From Candidatus Nomurabacteria bacterium (GTDB lineage: Bacteria > Patescibacteriota > Saccharimonadia > Saccharimonadales > JAGQNJ01): DNA of 64,000 nucleotides. Of the stretch, positions 56,125 through 64,000 are shown piece after piece; the first letter of the stretch is position 1, and the number at the start of each line of letters is the position of its first letter. The stretch is taken from contig CP060231.1 of the NCBI GenBank assembly GCA_023898625.1, positions 673,890 to 737,889 on the forward strand. The letters run 5' to 3'. Position numbers and translations under genes: made by a program. The notes beneath the pieces are model-generated. The model had not been told where the DNA came from. It did not search any database and saw nothing but the letters and a program-made list of their open reading frames with translations.

Positions 56125-56786
56125 GCTACTTATTTAGACCAGATCCACATCCTTCTGTAAAGACTACGGATGACGGAAGCCACCTGAGTTTTACGATTTG
56201 TGTATCTGGCGCAGCTGATGGCGATACGGTAGATCAGTCTGCTGATCTCGCAGAATTGTTGGGAAAATCTATTGCTAAACATGGTCATATTCTGACAACC
56301 GGCGCAACAGTAGGCTTGCCATCTTATGCCGCCAAAGGTGCTAAATTAGCAGGAGGCATGAGCATCGGCTTTTCGCCTGCCTCATCACTAAGAGAACATC
56401 TGAAAAAATATAGGTTACCTTTTGAATATTTTGATTTTATAAATTTTACAGGTATGCAGTATGTTGGGAGGGATTTATATTTAGTTCAATCTAGCGACGC
56501 TTTAATTACCGTTGGTGGCCGTTTTGGAAGTTTGCACGAATTTATTTCTGGTCTTGAAGCAGGCAAACCGTGTGGGGTGCTGATGGGTAGTGGTGGCGCA
56601 GCTGATATCATTCCGGAACTTATGAAATCACTCTCTCCACCTAAAAAGAGTTTGGTAATATTTGATACAGATCCGAATTCTTTAGTAGGCAAAATAGAAG
56701 ACGTACTTGAAGAGCAGTACAGCGATATTTATGAGGCATATAATAAGAACATAAGTTTCGGTAGAAGTAAACAGGCAGGTGGTTAG
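56121..56786 (+). CDS. TIGR00725 / LOG-SLOG-like Rossmann protein
   Basis: ICVSGAA..., ILTTGATVGL, AKGAKLAGGMSIGFSP and VGGRFGSLHEF (variant of GGxGTxxE) motifs. Confidence 0.65.
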   Translation: MSYLFRPDPHPSVKTTDDGSHLSFTICVSGAADGDTVDQSADLAELLGKSIAKHGHILTTGATVGLPSYAAKGAKLAGGMSIGFSPASSLREHLKKYRLPFEYFDFINFTGMQYVGRDLYLVQSSDALITVGGRFGSLHEFISGLEAGKPCGVLMGSGGAADIIPELMKSLSPPKKSLVIFDTDPNSLVGKIEDVLEEQYSDIYEAYNKNISFGRSKQAGG

Positions 56787-56804
56787 CTGTTATAATGGTT
56801 TGTA

Positions 56805-58763
56805 GTGAATAAATTTAAACTATCGTCAAGCTATAAACCAACCGGAGATCAACCAGAAGCCATCAAGAAACTAGTAAAGGGCTTGAATAATGGCATAAAA
56901 GAGCAAGTCCTTCTTGGAGTGACTGGTTCCGGGAAGACTTTTACGATGGCTAATGTAGTGGAGCAGTTACAAAGACCAACACTTGTATTAAGTCATAACA
57001 AAACCCTTGCAGCTCAGCTTTATAATGAGTTTAAGAACTTCTTTCCTGATAATGCAGTTCATTATTTTGTTAGCTATTTTGATTATTATCAACCAGAGGC
57101 GTACATTGCTCGTAGTGATACCTATATCGAGAAAGACAGCCAGATAAATGAAGAAATTGATCGTTTGCGACACGCTGCTACCGACTCTTTACTGTCTCGC
57201 AACGATGTTTTGATTGTAGCAAGTGTCAGTTGTATTTACGGTATTGGATCGGTAGATGATTATGGGGGATTATCTCAGGTGGTTAAAGTGGGAGAAAGAC
57301 GTGTTCGCGACAAGCTCATCAGGCAATTAACTGATATACAGTATCAACGCAATGATATTGATTTCCATAGAGGGACGTTTAGGGTGAGAGGGGATGTAGT
57401 AGATATCTTTCCTGCTAGTGAAGAAGTTGCTTACCGTATTGATTTTTTTGGAGATGAGGTCGAGTCAATTCATAAGTTGGATCCACTGACAGGCGACATT
57501 TTGGCTAAACCACAGAAAGTAGCTATATATCCAAGCTCTCATTATGTTACATCTAAAGATAAGCTCAAAGTAGCCTTAGGTAAAATTCGTAATGAATTAG
57601 ATGAACGGCTAAGATATTTTAAGAGCAATGGCCAGCTACTGGAGGCTCAACGGCTTGAGCAACGAACGAATTTTGATTTAGAGATGCTTGAAGAAACTGG
57701 TTTTGTGAAAGGCATTGAGAACTATAGTAGATATTTAACAAACCGTGAATCGGGGGAACAACCGGCAACGTTATTAGATTACTTTCCGGATGATTTTCTG
57801 ATGTTGGTTGACGAATCTCATATGACCTTACCTCAGGTTCGGGGGATGTACAATGGCGATCGTGCTCGCAAAGAGGTATTGGTAGAACATGGATTTAGGT
57901 TACCCAGTGCCCTTGATAATAGACCCTTAACTTTCATAGAATTTGAAAGGCATATCAACCAAGTTATTTATGTTAGCGCCACCCCGGCAGATTACGAACT
58001 TGAGCGAAGCGAAAAACCTATCGAGCAAGTTATTCGTCCAACTGGATTACTAGATCCAAAAGTAGAGGTTCGTCCGGTGGCTGGGCAAGTTGATGATTTG
58101 ATTGCGGAAATTCGTGATACGATTACTAACGGACATAGAGTGTTAGTAACAACCCTAACCAAACGAATGGCAGAAGATCTAACAGATTACTTGCAAGAAA
58201 TAAATATTAAAGTAACATATCTGCATAGCGAAGTCGATACTCTTGAAAGAACAGACATATTGCGCGATTTAAGGCTTGGCGTTTATGATGTTTTGATTGG
58301 GATAAATCTACTCCGTGAAGGTATTGACTTGCCAGAAGTAAGTCTTGTAGCAATTCTCGATGCCGATAAAGAAGGATTCTTAAGAAGTGAACCGGCTTTG
58401 GTGCAAACTATTGGTCGTGCGGCTCGTCATCAAGAAGGGCGAGTTATTATGTATGCAGATGTTGTAACTAGGAGCATGAAGTTGGCACTTGACGAAACTA
58501 ATCGTCGGCGTCAAATTCAAGAAAGATACAATAAAGCTCACAATATTACCCCAAAAAGTGTATCTAAAGCGATTGATGAGCGTATTTCACAAGAAGAAAA
58601 GTCTCAAAAGCCAAAACTTGATCTGAAAAAGATTCCAAAAGACGAGTATGCTCAATTGATTCGCGAACTAACAGGTCAAATGGATATCGCCTCGGCTAAC
58701 CTGGAATTCGAAAAGGCGGCCGACCTTCGTGATCTAATTGCGGAGATTAAAGCTAAACTCTAG
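56805..58763 (+). CDS. uvrB: excinuclease ABC subunit B
   Basis: Walker [14 protein letters not shown] box, helicase C motifs and a C-terminal UVR domain; GTG start 8 nt after TGtTATAAT. Confidence 0.95.
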   Translation: MNKFKLSSSYKPTGDQPEAIKKLVKGLNNGIKEQVLLGVTGSGKTFTMANVVEQLQRPTLVLSHNKTLAAQLYNEFKNFFPDNAVHYFVSYFDYYQPEAYIARSDTYIEKDSQINEEIDRLRHAATDSLLSRNDVLIVASVSCIYGIGSVDDYGGLSQVVKVGERRVRDKLIRQLTDIQYQRNDIDFHRGTFRVRGDVVDIFPASEEVAYRIDFFGDEVESIHKLDPLTGDILAKPQKVAIYPSSHYVTSKDKLKVALGKIRNELDERLRYFKSNGQLLEAQRLEQRTNFDLEMLEETGFVKGIENYSRYLTNRESGEQPATLLDYFPDDFLMLVDESHMTLPQVRGMYNGDRARKEVLVEHGFRLPSALDNRPLTFIEFERHINQVIYVSATPADYELERSEKPIEQVIRPTGLLDPKVEVRPVAGQVDDLIAEIRDTITNGHRVLVTTLTKRMAEDLTDYLQEINIKVTYLHSEVDTLERTDILRDLRLGVYDVLIGINLLREGIDLPEVSLVAILDADKEGFLRSEPALVQTIGRAARHQEGRVIMYADVVTRSMKLALDETNRRRQIQERYNKAHNITPKSVSKAIDERISQEEKSQKPKLDLKKIPKDEYAQLIRELTGQMDIASANLEFEKAADLRDLIAEIKAKL

Positions 58764-59707
58764 GCTACAAGTGGGCGCTCGGTTATATCTGAAGATTCTC
58801 TTAATAAGTCTGCGTATTCACGAGCAATTAGTGAAGGGTGAGTGATTGGCGAGGCATGACCAACATCGTCAACAACCCTAAAGTTGTCAGTGCTATTGGC
58901 GACCTGTGAAACGACTTCTTTGAGATCAAAAAGTTCATCATTTCTTGCCTGTAATATTGCCAATTTGACAGAAGGGTCTAGTTGGCTAATGATATTGCGG
59001 ATATCGCATTTACCGACGATTATCATCTCGCCCAAGGTAAGTATTGGATTTCTAACAATATGTTTTAAGCAGTGTAGGGCATCACCCGGCGATGGCTTAA
59101 ACTCGTCTAGCTCAAGAATATCAGAAGCTAGACGCCCTAACAATTTTGGAACTCCAGGCGCTAGCGTTCTTGGCGAATGCTCAATCAATCCAGCCGAACT
59201 AAATAGTGTTAAGCGTTCAACTAATTGCGGTTTGTGGTGAGCGATGTGTGTACCAATATATCCACCCATTGAATGACCGAAAAGATTTACCTTCTCATCC
59301 AAGCCATGATCAGGCAATGCGCCGATGGCGCCTCTAACAATTTTGGACGATAATGCCATAGGGTTGAATAGATGCGATGGATGCAATGAAGCTCCTATTT
59401 TTTGAGTGCGTGAAGGTTTACATCTTAAAGTAATCAATCCTTGTTGTTCAGCCATGGCTTTAGCTAATCCTCTGTAGGCTGGCTCGGAGCCCGCAAAGCC
59501 GTAGACGATTACATTAACCGTATCATCAACAGGGTTATCCGGTATTTCAAGAATATATCGACTATCAGTGCCAGCAATTGGAACTTCACCTTCAATAGTC
59601 TGAGAACTAAAAACACCCTCTTGTAGTAGAGGGTGTAAATCCAATTCAGGGTTTGGTTGATAGTAATCTGATGTTATTTGTCTTTCATCTATCGCTAACA
59701 TAAGCAC
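58760..59707 (-). CDS. alpha/beta hydrolase
   Basis: GHSMGG nucleophile elbow; its stop shares the CTAG tetranucleotide with the uvrB stop. Confidence 0.75.
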   Translation of the reverse strand: MLMLAIDERQITSDYYQPNPELDLHPLLQEGVFSSQTIEGEVPIAGTDSRYILEIPDNPVDDTVNVIVYGFAGSEPAYRGLAKAMAEQQGLITLRCKPSRTQKIGASLHPSHLFNPMALSSKIVRGAIGALPDHGLDEKVNLFGHSMGGYIGTHIAHHKPQLVERLTLFSSAGLIEHSPRTLAPGVPKLLGRLASDILELDEFKPSPGDALHCLKHIVRNPILTLGEMIIVGKCDIRNIISQLDPSVKLAILQARNDELFDLKEVVSQVANSTDNFRVVDDVGHASPITHPSLIAREYADLLRESSDITERPLVA

Positions 59708-59791
59708 TTCCTGGTAGCTTATGCTTTTATCTTAGACCTATAATTTGATATTGACAAGAACTTTTTATCGATTTTTGTTATACTTTAGTAA

Positions 59792-60085
59792 ATGGCAGAG
59801 ATAACAGTTGATGATGTATTAAAATTGGCAAGGCTTTCAAAAATCCAACTTACCACCGAAGAGCTGAATGAATTTAGTAAAGAACTCCAACAAATTATTA
59901 AGTATGTCGAACAATTGTCTAGTGTGGATATAGACGGATTAGAGCCAACTTCACAGGTTACCGGATTGACTAATGTAACAAGAGAAGACGAACTTATTGA
60001 TTACGGAGTTTCAGTTGATGATTTATTAAAGAATGTACCTAACCTAGAGAATAATCAAATTAAAGTGAAGCGAGTGATTGAATAG
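59792..60085 (+). CDS. gatC: Asp/Glu-tRNA amidotransferase subunit C
   Basis: 97 aa; VLKLARLSKIQLTTEEL pattern; precedes gatA. Confidence 0.9.
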   Translation: MAEITVDDVLKLARLSKIQLTTEELNEFSKELQQIIKYVEQLSSVDIDGLEPTSQVTGLTNVTREDELIDYGVSVDDLLKNVPNLENNQIKVKRVIE

Positions 60086-60088
60086 ATT

Positions 60089-61513
60089 ATGAGCAAACAA
60101 TGGTTGTCTATTGCTGAAATTGCTAAGCGAGTTCAGTCTCAGGAATTGAGTGCACTTGAATTAGTTGAGGATTCATTAAAGCGCATAGATAGAGCTAAAG
60201 AATATCAAACAATCGTAGCGCCTATAGTATCTCGGTCAAAAAAACGAGCTAAAGAAATTGATAATGCCATAAAAAAGGGGGAAAAAGTCGGTAGATTAGC
60301 GGGTGTACCCTTTATTGCAAAGGATAATTTCTTAGTTTTTGGTGCTAAAACTACTGCATCAAGCAATATGCTAAAAAACTTTGATGCTCCTTATCAATCG
60401 ACTGCAATTGAGAAGCTTGAGGCGGAAGGAGCGATCTGTGTTGCTAAAGCTAATCTTGACGCCTTTGCTCATGGGTCTAGTACTGAAAACAGCGATTTTT
60501 TTACGACAAAAAATCCTCATGATAAACAACGAGTTCCTGGAGGTTCTTCAGGGGGATCTGCTTCGGCTGTGGCGCTAGACCTAGCGCCCTTTGCTTTGGG
60601 AACAGATACAGGGGGTTCGATTCGTTTGCCAGCTAGTTTTTGTGGAGTTGTAGGCTATAAACCAACATATGGTTTGGTTTCCCGTAGTGGGGTGATTGCG
60701 ATGGCTAGTAGTACCGATGTCATTGGTCCAATTACTAGAACGGTTGAAGATTCAGCATTAGTGCTAGATGTTATGGCTGGCAAAGATAATCTAGATAGCA
60801 CAACCATTGAACGTGATAAAAATTCATATGCTGACCTAGTTAAACAAGAAAAACTTCGAATAGGAGTGGTTAAGGAGTTTTTTGAAGATGGTCTAGATGA
60901 GAAAATCAAGAAGAATATCAAAGAGGCTATTTTAAAGATCGAGAAGCAGGGTCACAAGATAGTCGAGGTCAGCTTGCCTTCAATATCATTATCACTAGCT
61001 TGTTACTATATTTTATGCCCAGCCGAAGTATCAAGTAATTTGAGTCGTTATGATGGTTTGCGCTTTGGTCATCATGCTGAAGGGGCAAAATCATTAAACG
61101 AAAGTTACGAGTTGTCTCGTTCTCAAGGATTTGGAAAAGAAGCAAAAAGAAGAATTATGATAGGAACATATGTTCTAAGTAGCGGATACTATGATGCATA
61201 CTATAAAAAGGCGCAGACTGTACGTACTAAGTTGATTGGTGAATTCAATAGTGCATTAAAAGAGGTTGATGTATTGGTTGGCCCAACTGCGCCTAGGGTG
61301 GCCTTTAAGATTGGCGAGAATATTGATGATCCGTTGGCGATGTATCTGACAGATATAATGACAGTAAGTGCTAACCTTGTAGGTGTTCCAGCAATTAGCT
61401 TGCCATCGGGGAGTGTTGATGGTTTACCAGTAGGACTCCAGGTTATGTCTGCACAGAATACCGATCGTCAATTATTATCTTTTGCAAATCAAATAGAAGG
61501 AGTAATTAAATAA
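60089..61513 (+). CDS. gatA: Asp/Glu-tRNA amidotransferase subunit A
   Basis: Amidase signature GGSSGGSASAVA...GTDTGGSIRLPA. Confidence 0.95.
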   Translation: MSKQWLSIAEIAKRVQSQELSALELVEDSLKRIDRAKEYQTIVAPIVSRSKKRAKEIDNAIKKGEKVGRLAGVPFIAKDNFLVFGAKTTASSNMLKNFDAPYQSTAIEKLEAEGAICVAKANLDAFAHGSSTENSDFFTTKNPHDKQRVPGGSSGGSASAVALDLAPFALGTDTGGSIRLPASFCGVVGYKPTYGLVSRSGVIAMASSTDVIGPITRTVEDSALVLDVMAGKDNLDSTTIERDKNSYADLVKQEKLRIGVVKEFFEDGLDEKIKKNIKEAILKIEKQGHKIVEVSLPSISLSLACYYILCPAEVSSNLSRYDGLRFGHHAEGAKSLNESYELSRSQGFGKEAKRRIMIGTYVLSSGYYDAYYKKAQTVRTKLIGEFNSALKEVDVLVGPTAPRVAFKIGENIDDPLAMYLTDIMTVSANLVGVPAISLPSGSVDGLPVGLQVMSAQNTDRQLLSFANQIEGVIK

Positions 61514-61921
61514 ATGAGTTTTGAAATGCTGGTAGCGGTGTTGATTGGTGTATTCGTGGTGCTTGTAATAGCCTTTTTGGTAGTTAAGTTTGCGCCAAAA
61601 CGGACCAAAAAATCTAATTTCCAGACAAAATGGAAGAACATTATCAAATACTGTGCCCATAAAGAAACTTGGCCTTCAGCACTTTCCCATGCTGATGAAC
61701 TACTCGAGGAAGCATTATCCAGACGCCGATACAAGGGTAAAAATATGGGCGAGAAACTAGTATCTGCTCAAAAAAAGTTTTCAGATAATGATGGGGTGTG
61801 GGCTGCTCATAAGTTGGCAGTTAAAGCAAGTGCGCATCCGAAGATGAGGTTGAAGGAAAAAGATGTCAAGGTGGCGCTAGCAAGCATTAGACAAGCATTG
61901 AAAGATCTCGAGGTTTTATGA
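61514..61921 (+). CDS. membrane-anchored hypothetical protein inserted in the gatCAB operon
   Basis: 135 aa; one N-terminal TM helix plus a helical basic domain; starts right after the gatA stop; ATGA overlap with gatB. Confidence 0.6.
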   Translation: MSFEMLVAVLIGVFVVLVIAFLVVKFAPKRTKKSNFQTKWKNIIKYCAHKETWPSALSHADELLEEALSRRRYKGKNMGEKLVSAQKKFSDNDGVWAAHKLAVKASAHPKMRLKEKDVKVALASIRQALKDLEVL

Positions 61922-63378
61922 ATTCTGTCTTACAACCTTACCTAATTAAAGGGTATCTACCAACAATTGGTATTGAGTGCCACGTTCAACTAAAGACTAA
62001 AACCAAGCTTTTTGCGGGCGTTAGCAATGATGCACGAGACGCCCAACCAAATACACTTATTAGCCATATTTGCTTAGGCATGCCAGGTGCCTTGCCGGTT
62101 TTGAATAAGTCTGCTGTTGATTTGGCTATGAGGGCGGGTTTCGCCTTGAATACTATCCCTCAATCGTTTAGTAAGTTTGATCGCAAGCACTATTTTTACC
62201 CAGATTTGCCCAAAGGGTACCAAATTACTCAATTTGATCAACCAATCATTTTAGGTGGCCACGTTGATATAGAAGTAGACAGTAGGAAGCATATAATCGG
62301 TATCACTCGGGCGCATCTCGAGGAGGATGCTGGGAAGAACTCTCATCCTGAAGGCAAGGATTATTCTTTGGTTGATTTAAATAGAGCAGGAACTCCATTA
62401 CTGGAGATTGTATCTGAGCCAGAAATTCATTCAGCAACAGAAGCAAAAGCTTACGTTAAAGAGCTTCATTTAGCAATGAGGTATGCAGATGTTTCAGATG
62501 CCGATTTATATCAAGGCAATATGCGCTTTGATGTTAATGTTTCAGTTAGTAAAGATGACACATTGGGCACTCGTACTGAAACAAAAAACCTAAACTCCTT
62601 TAAGAGTGTTTATAAAGCTGTGGAGTATGAGATAAATAGACAGATCGAGATTCTCGAAAAAGGTGACGTGGTTATTCAGGAAACCAGGGGATGGAATGAT
62701 GCTAAGCAAAAAACATATTCTCAACGCTCTAAGGAAGAGGCTTATGACTATAGGTATTTCCCAGAACCAGATTTGCCACCAGTAGTACTAACAAAAGAAC
62801 AGATTGAGTCTGTAAAACAAGGTATGAATTTTACTCCAAACCAACTAAGGCAAAGGCTTAAGAAACTAAATTTATCTGGCTCAACAAGTGAAACTATTGT
62901 TGATAATCTTGTTCCTGGCAGGTTCATGTATCAAATTATGGATATGGCAAATTTAGAACAGGCCAAAAAAATCGCCAATTGGCTAGCATCTGATGTTCAG
63001 GCTATGGTTGTCGCTGGGACCATTACCTGGGAGGATATTAAGCTTGACGAACAGTCATTTATTGCGCTGTGTACTTTGGTTGAGTCAAATCAGATAAGTT
63101 CAACTAGTGCGAAGGTAATTATTGAGGATCTTGTAAAAAATGGTGGTGATCCATTGAAAATTGCTAAGGATAGAGATTTGCTACAGGTTTCTGATGAAGA
63201 TGAGTTAGTGGAGCTTGTAAAAACGGTACTGGATAAGAATACTAAGGCCGTACAAGATTTAAAGTCTGGGCAGGATAAAGTTATGGGATTTCTAGTCGGA
63301 CAGGTAATGAAAGAATCAAGAGGCAAAGCGAATCCTGGTCTTGCAAAGCAACTTATTTCAAAGGAGCTAGAACAATGA
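61918..63378 (+). CDS. gatB: Asp/Glu-tRNA amidotransferase subunit B
   Basis: 486 aa; IGIECHVQL, HLEEDAGK and RSKEEAYDYRYFPEPDLPP motifs. Confidence 0.95.
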   Translation: MNSVLQPYLIKGYLPTIGIECHVQLKTKTKLFAGVSNDARDAQPNTLISHICLGMPGALPVLNKSAVDLAMRAGFALNTIPQSFSKFDRKHYFYPDLPKGYQITQFDQPIILGGHVDIEVDSRKHIIGITRAHLEEDAGKNSHPEGKDYSLVDLNRAGTPLLEIVSEPEIHSATEAKAYVKELHLAMRYADVSDADLYQGNMRFDVNVSVSKDDTLGTRTETKNLNSFKSVYKAVEYEINRQIEILEKGDVVIQETRGWNDAKQKTYSQRSKEEAYDYRYFPEPDLPPVVLTKEQIESVKQGMNFTPNQLRQRLKKLNLSGSTSETIVDNLVPGRFMYQIMDMANLEQAKKIANWLASDVQAMVVAGTITWEDIKLDEQSFIALCTLVESNQISSTSAKVIIEDLVKNGGDPLKIAKDRDLLQVSDEDELVELVKTVLDKNTKAVQDLKSGQDKVMGFLVGQVMKESRGKANPGLAKQLISKELEQ

Positions 63379-64000
63379 CCCATAACCAACCAGTAAAAAA
63401 AGCGGTCATCGCGGCTGCCGGTTTTGGTACAAGGTTCTTACCGCAAACAAAAGCCATGCCCAAAGAAATGCTCCCAATTATCGATAAGCCGGTTATTCAG
63501 ATGATTGTAGAGGAGGCTGTCCAGGCTGGAGTTACTGAAATTATTATTGTAACCGGAAGCACAAAGCGAGCTATTGAAGATCATTTTGATCGAGCCGTTG
63601 AACTAGAAGACGAACTGATCGCTAAGGGTAAAACTAAGGAAGCAGAGCAGATAAAGCAAATAGCAGAAATGGCTAACTTTGTGTATATACGACAAAAAGG
63701 AGAGCCACGCGGAAATGCTCGACCAGTACTAAATGCCTCCCGCCTGCTTGGCGACGAACCATTCTTTGTATTTTTTGCAGACGATTTCTTTAGATCAGAG
63801 GTGCCTCGTGCTGTTCAGCTCCTAAAAACCTATCAAAAAACAGGAAAATCCGTGATTTCAGTGATTGAGGTTGACAGAACAGACGCCGATAAATACGGCA
63901 TGGTTAGGCTGGGATCAAAGATCGATGAGTCTACATATGAAGTTGAGCAGTTAGTCGAAAAACCTGGTATTGATAATACACCGTCAAATATTGCTTCTGT
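63375..64000 (+). CDS. galU: UTP--glucose-1-phosphate uridylyltransferase (3-prime partial at the window edge)
   Basis: Hand translation MTHNQPVKKAVIAAAGFGTRFLPQTKAMPKEMLPIIDKP...; ATGA overlap with gatB; runs off the window. Confidence 0.85.
   Translation, partial: MTHNQPVKKAVIAAAGFGTRFLPQTKAMPKEMLPIIDKPVIQMIVEEAVQAGVTEIIIVTGSTKRAIEDHFDRAVELEDELIAKGKTKEAEQIKQIAEMANFVYIRQKGEPRGNARPVLNASRLLGDEPFFVFFADDFFRSEVPRAVQLLKTYQKTGKSVISVIEVDRTDADKYGMVRLGSKIDESTYEVEQLVEKPGIDNTPSNIAS

Overview
This is a 64-kb window from a compact, AT-rich bacterial chromosome. Hand-counted 60-nt blocks are mostly 30-43% G+C. Genes are tightly packed, with many ATGA or TGATG start/stop overlaps, and standard code 11 fits: TGA, TAA and TAG all end conserved proteins. 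Content is mainly housekeeping: ligA, a murF-like gene, ddl, leuS, rpmF, nusB, rnc, rpsP, trmD, pheST, uvrB, gatCAB, galU, and a gap-rpiB-rpe-split tkt-fba-pfkB sugar-phosphate operon. There is also one tRNA-Ala, several transporters, and three large secreted enzymes. The split transketolase, small ORFs wedged into conserved operons and many orphan proteins suggest a Patescibacteria/CPR (Saccharibacteria-like) genome; this is inference only. The strongest anomaly lies at 38.28-39.63 kb, between pheT and an ABC exporter. It is an orphan two-gene cassette resembling an actinophage tail fibre (collagen-like G-X-Y repeats). Its C-terminal half and the first two-thirds of the coupled downstream gene form a roughly 65-68% G+C patch spliced in frame into low-GC sequence, and an in-frame TAG interrupts the frame. 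Immediately downstream, a perfect consensus sigma70 promoter precedes a GC-rich, highly structured non-coding island that I could not assign to any RNA class. Other points: about 15 operon-first genes with an extended -10 box 6-9 nt from the start codon (probably leaderless mRNAs), a roughly 137-aa insertion in LeuS, a GC-elevated hydrolase/murF-like/ddl block, a MurF-like ligase with a membrane N-terminus, and an unknown + TIGR00725/LOG-like gene pair.
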